Below, one piece after another: positions 19,795-29,476 of a stretch of DNA of 64,000 nt. The translations under genes were made by a program, and so were the position numbers. The stretch's first letter is position 1; the number at the start of each line of letters is the position of its first letter. Source of the DNA: an uncultured virus (IMG/VR IMGVR_UViG_3300037296_000405) (lineage: Duplodnaviria > Heunggongvirae > Uroviricota > Caudoviricetes); IMG/VR virus record IMGVR_UViG_3300037296_000405; one strand, written 5' to 3'. The notes below the pieces were generated by a model. It had not been told where the DNA came from and ran no database searches. It saw only the letters and a list, made by a program, of their open reading frames with translations.

Positions 19795-20262
19795 TTGAAA
19801 TTATATGTAGTTAAGATGGAAAGGTATGGATGTAGTGAAAGCCATTCTTATATTATCGGGGTGTATACTAGCAGAGTAGTAGCGTCTATTAATGGAATTT
19901 TAAACAATTCTTTCAGGGGTGGTAAGTATGATCCTAGGATAATTGAAGTTGACTTTTATGGGGGAAAAAATGACTACATTACATTGATTACAACATGGAA
20001 ATCTCCAGAAACAGAATCAAGAAAGTCTATAGAGTTTAAAATATCCGAAGGCGGTTCATCTAAAGGTTTTTCGCCAGATAACTTGCTTCCAAGTTTCTCA
20101 TCTGTAGAGTTAATTAATATAAAAGAAAGCGAACATATATGTGATGAAGACTTGCTTGAATTACACTCCTCATACTTAATTAATAGATTAGATGATGAAT
20201 CATTAGCTTTCATTAGAGATGAATACGAAGTATACGAGAGAAAAAGAATAATGTTGTCCTAG
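19795..20262 (+). CDS. hypothetical phage protein
   Basis: GGAG SD then TTG; HSYIIGVY motif. Confidence 0.65.
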   Translation: MKLYVVKMERYGCSESHSYIIGVYTSRVVASINGILNNSFRGGKYDPRIIEVDFYGGKNDYITLITTWKSPETESRKSIEFKISEGGSSKGFSPDNLLPSFSSVELINIKESEHICDEDLLELHSSYLINRLDDESLAFIRDEYEVYERKRIMLS

Positions 20263-20528
20263 AAAGTATCTTTAAAAAAAATACTATTTTTATATATTTT
20301 CTTTATTTTTTTTAATAACTTTAATTCTTGTTCAATCATTTCAGAAGATATACTCTCAGTGTTAGTTTTGTTGATTTTATCAAATATATCAGTCAATAAT
20401 AGAGATGTTGCGGTAGACTCTTCTAATGTTAATTCCCTTATGATATCTTCATTTTTTGGATTTAAAATAGGCTCAACTTCGTTAAGTTGTTTGTTTAATA
20501 TTTCTAAGTATTCTTGTTTATTATCCAT
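20259..20528 (-). CDS. hypothetical protein
   Basis: 89 aa, leaderless. Confidence 0.65.
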   Translation of the reverse strand: MDNKQEYLEILNKQLNEVEPILNPKNEDIIRELTLEESTATSLLLTDIFDKINKTNTESISSEMIEQELKLLKKIKKIYKNSIFFKDTF

Positions 20529-20615
20529 AAATAATTATATCACATATTTTTTTATTTAAAAGAACTTTATTTAAAAGAACTTGCATATTATAACTATTTG
20601 ATTTATAGTATAATG

Positions 20616-21650
20616 ATGAATGTTTTAAAATACTTACAAACTAAAAAAAGAAATAGAATAGACTCTAAGTCTGGATGGAGTTTTATTGTTAATTGTCTAA
20701 AAAATAGTCAATATTCAATGGAAGAACAGAGTGGAACTACTTTTTTATTAATAGATGGAATACTTATCTCAATTATATTAAACAAAAGGGTAATCTTTCA
20801 AGGGTATTTTTTTGAGTACTACGGGTTGAAAGAAATAGATTTTATAGAAGAATATCTGTTTAGTAAGAAAACAACTAAAGGATACAACAAAGGTTCAAAC
20901 AATAATGGTCATAAATTTGAAAGAACAGTTGCTTACAGTCTTTCTCAACTAGGTTTTTCCGTTAAAGGTATAAAACCTAGTAATGAATTTCCTGAAATCA
21001 ACAAATCTCTAAACTTAGTATTAAATGAATTTCCTGTAGGTAAAATAGTTAAAGTTAAAGATAGTAAAAACAAAAAATCTATTAGCAGTGATTTTTTGGG
21101 CAATAATATTAATATAAGTTGTAAATATAATAATAAAGTGTTGAAGCATCCTACTTTGATGAAAGTTTTTTCTATATCGAAGTCAGAAAAAAGAATAGAT
21201 TTTGTAAATAAGTTTGAAATGTTTCAAACAGAGGTCAAATATACAAAAAGCGAAGCAAGAGCAGAATTCTCTAAAGATTCAGAGATGGCTAAAAAGTTGT
21301 CTAAAAAAATATTTCTAGAGTTAGAAGATTCTTTAAGAGTATCCGAAATATATGACTATCTTATTGGAAAAGAAAGACCTATTATCATTACAATGAATCC
21401 AAATAATACTATTGATATAAAAAATACAAAATCTTGGGGAAATCCTTCTTCATATAAATGGATTTTAAATAACGACCGAATATCGATTAAATTTAATAAC
21501 GGTGTACATTTGATTCATAGATTTAAATGTGCAATCAACTCTAAAACAAAGACAGAATTATATAAGGTATACAAGGAAGAGTGGCGACTACTAAGCTATC
21601 CAGAAAATTCTAATTTATTAATAGACAAGGAATCTTCTGAAATTAATTAA
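20616..21650 (+). CDS. putative HaeIII-like type II restriction endonuclease
   Basis: SNNNGHKFE, SD...ISCKYNNKVLKHP motifs. Confidence 0.5.
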   Translation: MNVLKYLQTKKRNRIDSKSGWSFIVNCLKNSQYSMEEQSGTTFLLIDGILISIILNKRVIFQGYFFEYYGLKEIDFIEEYLFSKKTTKGYNKGSNNNGHKFERTVAYSLSQLGFSVKGIKPSNEFPEINKSLNLVLNEFPVGKIVKVKDSKNKKSISSDFLGNNINISCKYNNKVLKHPTLMKVFSISKSEKRIDFVNKFEMFQTEVKYTKSEARAEFSKDSEMAKKLSKKIFLELEDSLRVSEIYDYLIGKERPIIITMNPNNTIDIKNTKSWGNPSSYKWILNNDRISIKFNNGVHLIHRFKCAINSKTKTELYKVYKEEWRLLSYPENSNLLIDKESSEIN

Positions 21651-21981
21651 AAATATTAATTATAAATTTATAAAATTTTTTATTAGATTTAGACAGTCTC
21701 TAAATAATGACAAAGATAGTTTTGTAAAGATACTGAACGTTTACTCCAAGTCTTTTTTAGGAGAAGCGTCATCTGAAGAAATTAAAGAAGCTAATAAAGA
21801 AGTTAAAAATATTTTAAAGAAAATGGGGGTAGGAGGGTTTTTACTTTTTGTTCCTTTTTCGTTTTTTGCTTTTCCTTTTATTTTAAAGATATCTCGTTAT
21901 TATGGGGTAGAACTTTTACCTAAAGAGTTTATTGAAAAAGTAAAGGAAGAAGGTATTAACTCTTTAGATACTGAAGACTAA
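21637..21981 (+). CDS. small membrane protein, LETM1-like, probable CTG start
   Basis: 114-codon open frame; AAGGA SD then CTG; EEIKEANKEVKNILKKMG...YGVELLP. Confidence 0.6.
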   Translation: MKLIKNINYKFIKFFIRFRQSLNNDKDSFVKILNVYSKSFLGEASSEEIKEANKEVKNILKKMGVGGFLLFVPFSFFAFPFILKISRYYGVELLPKEFIEKVKEEGINSLDTED

Positions 21982-22223
21982 ATAATAATATTATCACTTT
22001 CTTTTGCGTTTTGTAGTAAATTTATTATCATTGTCTTTAACTCTCTTTCTGAACAATCATCTAAAGTTTCTTGTATTTTCCAATTAGATAACACGAATGA
22101 TACTTTGTCACAATTGTTTTGAATAAATTTGTCTAAGAAAATTAAAAGATTTTTCTTATCCCAGTATTTAATAGAGGTTAATACTTCTGTTACTTTTTCT
22201 GGTCTAGATTCAAGAAGGTTCAT
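21978..22223 (-). CDS. hypothetical protein
   Basis: AAGGA SD before MNLL. Confidence 0.6.
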   Translation of the reverse strand: MNLLESRPEKVTEVLTSIKYWDKKNLLIFLDKFIQNNCDKVSFVLSNWKIQETLDDCSERELKTMIINLLQNAKESDNIII

Positions 22224-22344
22224 TTTTAATCCTTTTTTAATGATCATTATTGTATACATCATAACATATTAATTTGATAATGCAACTAAATATTTACTTG
22301 AAAATTAAGTACTTGTGTGATATTATTAATAAAAGGAGATTTTT

Positions 22345-22695
22345 GTGGAAAAAGATCAAGTAATTAATGTTTTAAAGAAAAATGGATTTTCAATTTATAC
22401 AGTGGAATCTAAATTAGATAAAGATTTGGAAGCTTTAGAAGGAGAGATGTCTCTTATTAAAATGCTAGAAAGACATTTCAGATTAAGTCCAAATACTATT
22501 TTAGAACATCCTATGTATGGTGTTATTGATTCTAATCATAGTTTATTAACAAAAATGTATAAGTCTTCGTTAGTCCAAAAAGAGAAAGAGCTACTAAAAG
22601 AAATTCGAGAATATAAAATGAAAGAAAAAAAGAGCACTATGCGAGATAAGTTGAGCTTAGTTGAAGAAGACTCTAATGTAGTTAATCTTTTTTAA
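22345..22695 (+). CDS. hypothetical protein
   Basis: AAGGAG SD, GTG start. Confidence 0.7.
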   Translation: MEKDQVINVLKKNGFSIYTVESKLDKDLEALEGEMSLIKMLERHFRLSPNTILEHPMYGVIDSNHSLLTKMYKSSLVQKEKELLKEIREYKMKEKKSTMRDKLSLVEEDSNVVNLF

Positions 22696-22699
22696 AATC

Positions 22700-22733
22700 A
22701 ATTAAGGAGTACCGAAATCAATACTCCTTAATT
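22700..22733. terminator. inverted repeat between convergent genes
   Basis: AATTAAGGAGTA-10nt-TACTCCTTAATT. Confidence 0.7.
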
Positions 22734-22740
22734 ATGTTCA

Positions 22741-23307
22741 TTATGTGGACATTATTTTATTAATGATTTTAGAACCTCTTTTGTTTATTTGCTTATATTT
22801 TATTTTAAAAGAAATTGATTCTATTCCACCAAAAAGATTAGCATTAGAGTTTATTTCACATAAACCTATTACCAGTAAGGTTATTGCTTGGCTCTTATCT
22901 CTACAGAAATTTTCTATATCTTTTGCTTTTAATAAATGAACATCCATATCTCTTTTTATTAATTGCGCGACAAGAGATTCATCAGGAAATACTTTACTGA
23001 AGATTTCAAATGATTTGGTCGAATGTTCTGGAAAGTGAACTCTTCCTTGTTTATCAATGACTTTACAAAAAGGTTTTCCACAATCATGATATATTGCATA
23101 CTTTTTTATATAAGAATAAGGTAGCAATAAATCTTTTATAAGTTCTTTGTTTTCATAAAACCATGGAGGTATTTTCCAGTTAAATTTTTTAGAATCGAAA
23201 AGGTCATCAAAATATTCTAGAACAGACTCTCCATGTTGTAATACAGTTTGTCTATCTTCTATTTGAAAACATTCTTTCATGTGTTTTAATAATTTTGTTT
23301 TTTTCAT
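22741..23307 (-). CDS. HD-domain phosphohydrolase
   Basis: QH, YHDCGKP, HFPEH. Confidence 0.8.
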   Translation of the reverse strand: MKKTKLLKHMKECFQIEDRQTVLQHGESVLEYFDDLFDSKKFNWKIPPWFYENKELIKDLLLPYSYIKKYAIYHDCGKPFCKVIDKQGRVHFPEHSTKSFEIFSKVFPDESLVAQLIKRDMDVHLLKAKDIENFCRDKSQAITLLVIGLCEINSNANLFGGIESISFKIKYKQINKRGSKIINKIMST

Positions 23308-23489
23308 CCGTCTACCTCAATCATGAATCCATTTTTTTTATGTTTGTATCCATTGTGTTCTGTGCATTCTTTTAAATCATATTCAATGTCAATGTCGAAT
23401 ACAGATTCACCATTCCAAAAATACACAGGGCAATTGTCAGGAGCATTTTCTATAAGTTTTTTTAATTCTTTAATATTTTTTATTTTCAT
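23304..23489 (-). CDS. hypothetical protein
   Basis: 61 aa, ATGA coupling. Confidence 0.65.
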   Translation of the reverse strand: MKIKNIKELKKLIENAPDNCPVYFWNGESVFDIDIEYDLKECTEHNGYKHKKNGFMIEVDG

Positions 23490-23827
23490 AATGAAACTCC
23501 TCGAAAATCTTTATCTCTCATTAATTGAAATTTCTTAAAAACTTCTCTAAAATCTTGAGTAATGGGTTCTACACAAATACTAGTGATAGTATTTTTATAG
23601 TAAGGTTCTATGAATTCCTTGAAACATAAATTTCTGTCAGATAGAAAAAGTTTAACTTTCTTTAATTCGTTCTCATTCTTTAATTTTATAAGAACAACTG
23701 AAGGGTGTTCTTCATCATTAGCAAAATGACGACCCATTTCAAATGCAGAGTGAATAGATTGTACGGCTATTTGAGATGGAGTTAAATCTTTTCTCGTAAA
23801 AACATATAACCATTTTTTATTCCTCAT
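23486..23827 (-). CDS. peptidyl-tRNA hydrolase, Pth2-like
   Basis: YVFTRKDL..SQIAVQSIHS, VVLIK, EP...TSICVEP. Confidence 0.75.
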   Translation of the reverse strand: MRNKKWLYVFTRKDLTPSQIAVQSIHSAFEMGRHFANDEEHPSVVLIKLKNENELKKVKLFLSDRNLCFKEFIEPYYKNTITSICVEPITQDFREVFKKFQLMRDKDFRGVSL

Positions 23828-24149
23828 TAGAAACCTCCTCTTTTTTTGTTAACTTAATTAATGTTAAGTACACAGAAGAGTATTCTTCTAGAAAATATAA
23901 TTCTTCTTCGACAGAGTAGCTTGTTTTAATAAGGGGTAGTTCTAATCCAAATATAAGACTTATATTTTGGACAGTTTTTTCATATAGAGGTGTATTTGAT
24001 TTTTGCTCAATAATAGATATATCTCTATTTCTATATTGATTATAAAAGACATTCCAGTGTCTAATTATAGCTTTGTTATTCCAAGTTGGTTCTTTCTTTG
24101 CAATTTTTTGCAATTCTTTATTTATGTGTTGAATTTCTTTAAATTTCAT
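23817..24149 (-). CDS. hypothetical protein, first gene of Pth2 operon
   Basis: RHWNVFY...RNR...IE; AAGGAG SD inside hairpin. Confidence 0.75.
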   Translation of the reverse strand: MKFKEIQHINKELQKIAKKEPTWNNKAIIRHWNVFYNQYRNRDISIIEQKSNTPLYEKTVQNISLIFGLELPLIKTSYSVEEELYFLEEYSSVYLTLIKLTKKEEVSNEE

Positions 24150-24155
24150 TTTGTT

Positions 24156-24212
24156 CTCCTTAAATTAATTTAAAATTGTATTAAACATTATTTTAAATTA
24201 ACAATTAAGGAG
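24156..24212 (-). promoter_or_regulatory. SD-sequestering hairpin (translational attenuator)
   Basis: CTCCTTAA/TTAAGGAG 8 bp plus TTAATTTAAAAT/ATTTTAAATTAA 12 bp. Confidence 0.8.
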
Positions 24213-24297
24213 GCTTTAAAACCTAAGGTTCAGGAGCTTTTGATTGTTTGGGAATATATATCTACCATGAAGTCATAGGTAGTAAATGGTTTTTCAT
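24205..24297 (-). CDS. leader peptide with two in-frame TAG: MKNHLLPMTSW*IYIPKQSKAPEP*VLKPP*
   Basis: ATG 6 nt after TTTACT-17-TATAAT; PP-TAA codons form the anti-SD arm. Confidence 0.7.
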
Positions 24298-24422
24298 TAT
24301 AAAATTATATATTTTTTTTTATAAAAAGTAAAATAATATTGAAAAAACAATAAATATTTACTCAATTAACTATAATTAAGACAACTTACGTTATTTTACT
24401 CTAAGAACTCCATTTAATTCAT

Positions 24423-25355
24423 ATGTTAAAATTATTAATTATATTGTATTCAACCGTAGCTCTTTCCTCTACTGATTTTAATAGTGGAGAAGAAATAAGA
24501 GCAGTAGATTTTAATACAAAATCTACTTATTTAAATAATTATGTACAAGAAAGATCAAGCGAAAATTTATCACTATTAGTTTTTTCTCAAGGAGATATTA
24601 TATCTGCGGATGCTATTAATTTATATTTTAATCAGTTTGGAATATACGATACTATTAATTCTTTAAAAGATTTTTCTAACGGAGATAGAATCTTGTCTAT
24701 TGATATTGAAGGAAACTTCCAAGAAGCTAAACGTATAGTTGAAGAAAAATTCTTTTTTAAATCATGTTTAGAAGTTTTAAACAATGGATATTCAGTAGGT
24801 AACGGTTTGTATACTGTTGATGTAGACGGTTTTTCAGGTTCTAAAAGTCCAATAACAGTTAACTGCGATATGACTAATGGCGGATGGACCGTTATTATAC
24901 CTAATACAGGAAGTTCTAGTGAAATATTAACTTATATGAGTCAGTTCTCTAATACATCATCATTACAAAGTACATTTTATTATAATTCTTCATATGGTGT
25001 TGGTTGGGGAACTAATAATGATACTTGGGTAAATTATTCAATAAATAATATTTCCTATACAGAAATAGAAATGACTTACTCTGGTTTTTATGAGAATCCA
25101 GCAGGTGGGTTAGGACAAATGGTCTTGTCTAATGGAAGTACTCTTGTTAGTTTAGCTGATTCATGGACGGATTATAGATTCGGTCAAACATTATATGTTA
25201 GACCAAGTAATGTGTTGTATCAATCAAGAACTAATGTTATTAACAGGACAAGTTATTTTAGTGAGAATTCTTCTCTCATAGATATATCGATGAAAGGGTA
25301 TACAAGCTCTTATGGCTATACTAGAAGATACATTAAGTATTTAAGAATTAAATAG
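24423..25355 (+). CDS. secreted fibrinogen-related-domain protein
   Basis: signal peptide; KSCLEVL..GNGLYTVD..VNCDMTNGGWT. Confidence 0.75.
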   Translation: MLKLLIILYSTVALSSTDFNSGEEIRAVDFNTKSTYLNNYVQERSSENLSLLVFSQGDIISADAINLYFNQFGIYDTINSLKDFSNGDRILSIDIEGNFQEAKRIVEEKFFFKSCLEVLNNGYSVGNGLYTVDVDGFSGSKSPITVNCDMTNGGWTVIIPNTGSSSEILTYMSQFSNTSSLQSTFYYNSSYGVGWGTNNDTWVNYSINNISYTEIEMTYSGFYENPAGGLGQMVLSNGSTLVSLADSWTDYRFGQTLYVRPSNVLYQSRTNVINRTSYFSENSSLIDISMKGYTSSYGYTRRYIKYLRIK

Positions 25356-26685
25356 ACAACACAAAATAATGTTTGTTTTTTGTGAACTTTTTAAACTGAG
25401 GTTCTTTCCAGTAAATAATTTCTTTTTTAATATGATTAAAAACATTCTTCGCTAAATCTGAATTTTTAATTCCATTGTTTCCATATTTAGAAAATTGATT
25501 AATATACCAAGAGTTATTATCAAGCTTTAATTCCATGTTAACAAACATCTCACCATCTTTTGTTAGAGCAAGAATAAGAGTTTCTGGTGACCCAGCCACA
25601 TCAGAATAACCTCTAATACAGTTATTCATAATAGCAGACCATTTTATTAAGTCATAATTACTTTTTGGATACTCTATATTATAATCTTCAAATAAGCAAG
25701 CTTGTTTATTTTTTACTAATGCTGGAAAATTTTTAGGAACATCAATTTTTTGCAAAGGATATCTAAGCTTATGATTCTCTGAACTAAGTATTGAGTGTAA
25801 TGACTGGAAGCTATTAAAATTTAAACTTGATAAGTTTAAATCAACTTTGTCTTTTATATCTAAGTACAAAGAAACAGATTGGAGTAGAGAGTTGACGGCA
25901 TTGGGTTTATTTAAAAAGTTCATTAATTTTTTATCTTTTCCTTTAAAATACTTGTTGATGAACGATTTACACTGAAGTAATCTTTCTTTAGGTAGTCTAC
26001 TCAAAATAGAAAAATTATTAAATTTGTTTTCATCTGATAGTATTTTAATAATATTTTGGATATCTAAGCTATCACTAAAAATAAGACCAATAGTATAGAA
26101 TTCAGGAAAGACGATGCCCTCTCTAAAGAAGTTTTTAAGAATAACCTTTTCAAGTTTTTTAGTATGGGTTCCAAATACATCTTGTATTATGTTTTCTAAT
26201 GACATTTTATCTTTGAAATATTGATTTAATGGATCAGAAACTAGGCATTTAAAAAAAACATCGTTATCTATTACATTGCCAAAATGAACAAAGTGAAATC
26301 CCTTATCTGTAATAGGGTATCCACCTGAGTTTAATAGAGTTACTAGTTCTTTTTTTTGTTCATCCCAATTTCTATTAGTTGAAGTAACCCAAAAGTTATA
26401 TAAACCTTCGAATTGTTCTTTATTATTAATTAAATTTAAACTAACTGCATTGGGTAATTTTTCACCTTTCAAGCATAAAGAATTATCTATAAATGAGAAT
26501 TCTGGAAAGATAAAGAAATCTTGAGGATAAAGTATCTCAGTTAAGCTATCAAAGTTTTGACTAGAAATAGCATCAGAAGCTTTTTTATATCTAAACTCTT
26601 CTTCTTCTGGAATAGAATGAGTTTCTCCATTAGTTGTGTCAACAATCATTAATACTGAAGGTGTTTTTGTAAATATATATCTCAA
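25348..26685 (-). CDS. rIIB-like N-terminus fused to PcfJ-like domain
   Basis: LYNFW...ELVTLL...YPITDKG; C-terminal PKS..DLIKWSAIMNNCIRGY. Confidence 0.6.
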   Translation of the reverse strand: MRYIFTKTPSVLMIVDTTNGETHSIPEEEEFRYKKASDAISSQNFDSLTEILYPQDFFIFPEFSFIDNSLCLKGEKLPNAVSLNLINNKEQFEGLYNFWVTSTNRNWDEQKKELVTLLNSGGYPITDKGFHFVHFGNVIDNDVFFKCLVSDPLNQYFKDKMSLENIIQDVFGTHTKKLEKVILKNFFREGIVFPEFYTIGLIFSDSLDIQNIIKILSDENKFNNFSILSRLPKERLLQCKSFINKYFKGKDKKLMNFLNKPNAVNSLLQSVSLYLDIKDKVDLNLSSLNFNSFQSLHSILSSENHKLRYPLQKIDVPKNFPALVKNKQACLFEDYNIEYPKSNYDLIKWSAIMNNCIRGYSDVAGSPETLILALTKDGEMFVNMELKLDNNSWYINQFSKYGNNGIKNSDLAKNVFNHIKKEIIYWKEPQFKKFTKNKHYFVLSI

Positions 26686-26802
26686 AATAATTCCCCTTAT
26701 TTAACAACTTGATTAATTATATCACTAATTAAGTAACAATTCAAGAAAAAGATCTTGATTTAATTTTTTTAGGATGTATAATAATAGAAAACAGGGGGAA
26801 TA

Positions 26803-29070
26803 ATGATTCTAGATAAGAAAGAAAATTTGGTATTAAATACAAATGATAATAGTACAGAGATTATAAAGTCAGAGATTCATGACTCATCTATCATTATTGA
26901 TTATCTTAGAAATAAAATGTACAATAATAAAATTCAAACTCCTGTTCAAGAATATATTTCTAATGCCATTGATGCAATGGTTAGTATCGATAGCGACAAG
27001 AGTATCAGAATCACTTTACCAACAGGAATAAAGCAAGAATTAAAAATAAGAGATTATGGACCGGGCTTATCAGAAGATGCTATGAAAAAGGTTTTTACTC
27101 AGTACGCAAATTCAAGTAAGACATCAAGTGATAAACAAGTAGGTGGATATGGATTAGGTTCAAAAAGTGCTTGGGCATATACTCCAGTTTTTTTTGTATC
27201 ATCTTTCTTTGAAGGGAAAAAATATATTTACATAGCAAGAATAGGTGATAACCAAGAAGGTGAATTTGTTAAGAGTGCTATTGTAGATACTCAAGAAGAA
27301 AACGGACTAGAAATTTCAATACCAGTAACAAAAACAGAAGACGTTCGCAAATTTGTTCAAGCGGTTTATAGAGCTTCGATGTTAAGAAAAAATAAGCCAG
27401 AAATAATCGGCGATTCATTAGGTTACGAAAAGTGTTATTTTGATATTGAAGATGTTTCTTTGGAAAAAGATAATTATAAAGTAATACCAAAGACTGCTGT
27501 ATTGGAATCAACTCTAGCTTTGGGTTGGTCTAGAGATAAAGTTGTTATTGTTGTATCTGGAATACCATATGCTTTACCAGACCTTGGGGGTAGAGAAAAT
27601 AAAGTTAACAAAATATCTAGTATGTTGAATAGATCTTATTTAGTTTTAGACTTTAAAACAGGTGAAGTTGATATTCAGCCAGATAGAGAAAGAATTTCTG
27701 AAAATGATAAGACCCTCGATAATATAAAAAATAAAATAGATGAAGTATATTTCTCTATAGTAATGGAAAGAATTAAGAAATTAAAAGGACAGAAAAACTT
27801 AAAAGATTATTTAGATTCATGGAATAGAGATGGAGAAGCGTTCTCAGAGAGAACTATTTATACAGGAAGTAAAAGTAAAAGTGTTTTAGTTCCTAATGTT
27901 TTTAAAGAAGGTAATTATAATTTTCTTTACAGTAATAGGCAATATAGATCAAACTCAAGAGAAATGATTGTAACGAATTTATATTCGATTAAAGGTAGAA
28001 TGTATAACAGAGCAACAGGTTTTTTTGAAAGAAATATTGTTGAATATGGAGTTGATAAAGGGAAATTGATATCTTCAAGTTGGATTGAGCGATACACTGG
28101 AAAAAAAATTGTAAGAATTGCTATAAGTGTACAAATAATACACGGAAAGGTTAATCTTTCGAATGATAACTTATATGCAGAAATTGACGAGGAGATTACT
28201 GAATATCAACTCAAAAGAAAATTAAAAAAATACTTATCTCAAAGAGAAGTGACTAAACCATTAGTTATTTTGCCAAAAGGTATATGCGATAGTTTAGGTA
28301 TTGAAACTCCTGCTTTAATTTCTATAAAAGATATGACATTGCCAGAAAAGCAGGCAAGGGAAGTTAGAACAGGCATATCTTGTTTTTATTATGATTGTTG
28401 TTATGATGGAGTTAAGAGAAGACCAGACAGTTTTGAATTAGAGGATGTTGATTTAGAAGATAAGTATGTTTATATGACTTTAGAAAGTAATAAGAACCCA
28501 AAATGGTTTAATGATATTACGAGTAGAGATCAAAACGAGCTAATTGCATACTTAAATAACAAAGGTTATAAGTTCAGAGCTATGGGTAAGAAATCAATTG
28601 ATTTAATAAAAGACCAACCAAATTTTATATCATTTGAAAATTATGTTCAAGAAAATTCTTCATTATTAGGTGAAGTATCTTTACTTTTTAATAGAGAGAC
28701 TCCAACAATGAAATTTTTAAAAAAATCTGGGAAAGAAGATTTTGAGTGGGAAGATTTAAATAATTTTATAAAAGTTTTTAAATTGCTTAAAAAATCATCA
28801 TTAACAATACCAAGATGTCTAATTATAGAAACAGCGGAAAATAAAGAAAAGTTAAATAATATTGAAGATTATATAATTAAAGTAAAAGAATTGCTTGAAA
28901 AAGAATTAAAATTAGTTTCTCACTCTTTTAATGATTATTTGACCAATGACGTTTTTAATGAATTAGTCGATTATTCTAATTTTAAAATTTCTAAATTAGT
29001 TGAATGTAATAGTTTAGTTGAATCTGATAAAGACTTTGAATCTATAGTTAGAGAGGTTTTAGATGCTTAA
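26803..29070 (+). CDS. rIIA-like GHKL (HATPase_c) ATPase, paralog 1
   Basis: EYISNAIDA, IRDYGPGLS, GGYGLGSKS, PDRE. Confidence 0.85.
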   Translation: MILDKKENLVLNTNDNSTEIIKSEIHDSSIIIDYLRNKMYNNKIQTPVQEYISNAIDAMVSIDSDKSIRITLPTGIKQELKIRDYGPGLSEDAMKKVFTQYANSSKTSSDKQVGGYGLGSKSAWAYTPVFFVSSFFEGKKYIYIARIGDNQEGEFVKSAIVDTQEENGLEISIPVTKTEDVRKFVQAVYRASMLRKNKPEIIGDSLGYEKCYFDIEDVSLEKDNYKVIPKTAVLESTLALGWSRDKVVIVVSGIPYALPDLGGRENKVNKISSMLNRSYLVLDFKTGEVDIQPDRERISENDKTLDNIKNKIDEVYFSIVMERIKKLKGQKNLKDYLDSWNRDGEAFSERTIYTGSKSKSVLVPNVFKEGNYNFLYSNRQYRSNSREMIVTNLYSIKGRMYNRATGFFERNIVEYGVDKGKLISSSWIERYTGKKIVRIAISVQIIHGKVNLSNDNLYAEIDEEITEYQLKRKLKKYLSQREVTKPLVILPKGICDSLGIETPALISIKDMTLPEKQAREVRTGISCFYYDCCYDGVKRRPDSFELEDVDLEDKYVYMTLESNKNPKWFNDITSRDQNELIAYLNNKGYKFRAMGKKSIDLIKDQPNFISFENYVQENSSLLGEVSLLFNRETPTMKFLKKSGKEDFEWEDLNNFIKVFKLLKKSSLTIPRCLIIETAENKEKLNNIEDYIIKVKELLEKELKLVSHSFNDYLTNDVFNELVDYSNFKISKLVECNSLVESDKDFESIVREVLDA

Positions 29071-29404
29071 ATCGATAAGAATTAAAGTCGATTGGATTAA
29101 GTCTAATAACGGTTATACCGTGAAGATTCCTAACGGATTAGTCATAGGATACACTTGTTTAAAAGTTAAAGAATCATACAATGAAAAAGAAAATACTCCT
29201 TTCAAATATGGTGTTAATTTTTGGATTATCAACGAAGGACATGATTATTCAAAAAAAGGAGATGTTTTGTTTACCCGTTCCCCTGAAGTTGCAAACTCGC
29301 CAGTTCTATTTATGTGTGGAGAAGATGTCGATATATACTGTGAAAATAACCATAAAATAGTTAATGGTCAAAATTTTTGCGGGGAATGTGGAGTAAAAGT
29401 TTAA
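29063..29404 (+). CDS. hypothetical protein with C-terminal zinc ribbon
   Basis: CENNH...FCGECG. Confidence 0.65.
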   Translation: MLKSIRIKVDWIKSNNGYTVKIPNGLVIGYTCLKVKESYNEKENTPFKYGVNFWIINEGHDYSKKGDVLFTRSPEVANSPVLFMCGEDVDIYCENNHKIVNGQNFCGECGVKV

Positions 29405-29476
29405 AATATTTATATTTAATTGAAAATCTATAAAATAGTTATTGATCAATTTGTTTTTTTACCTTATACTAATTTT

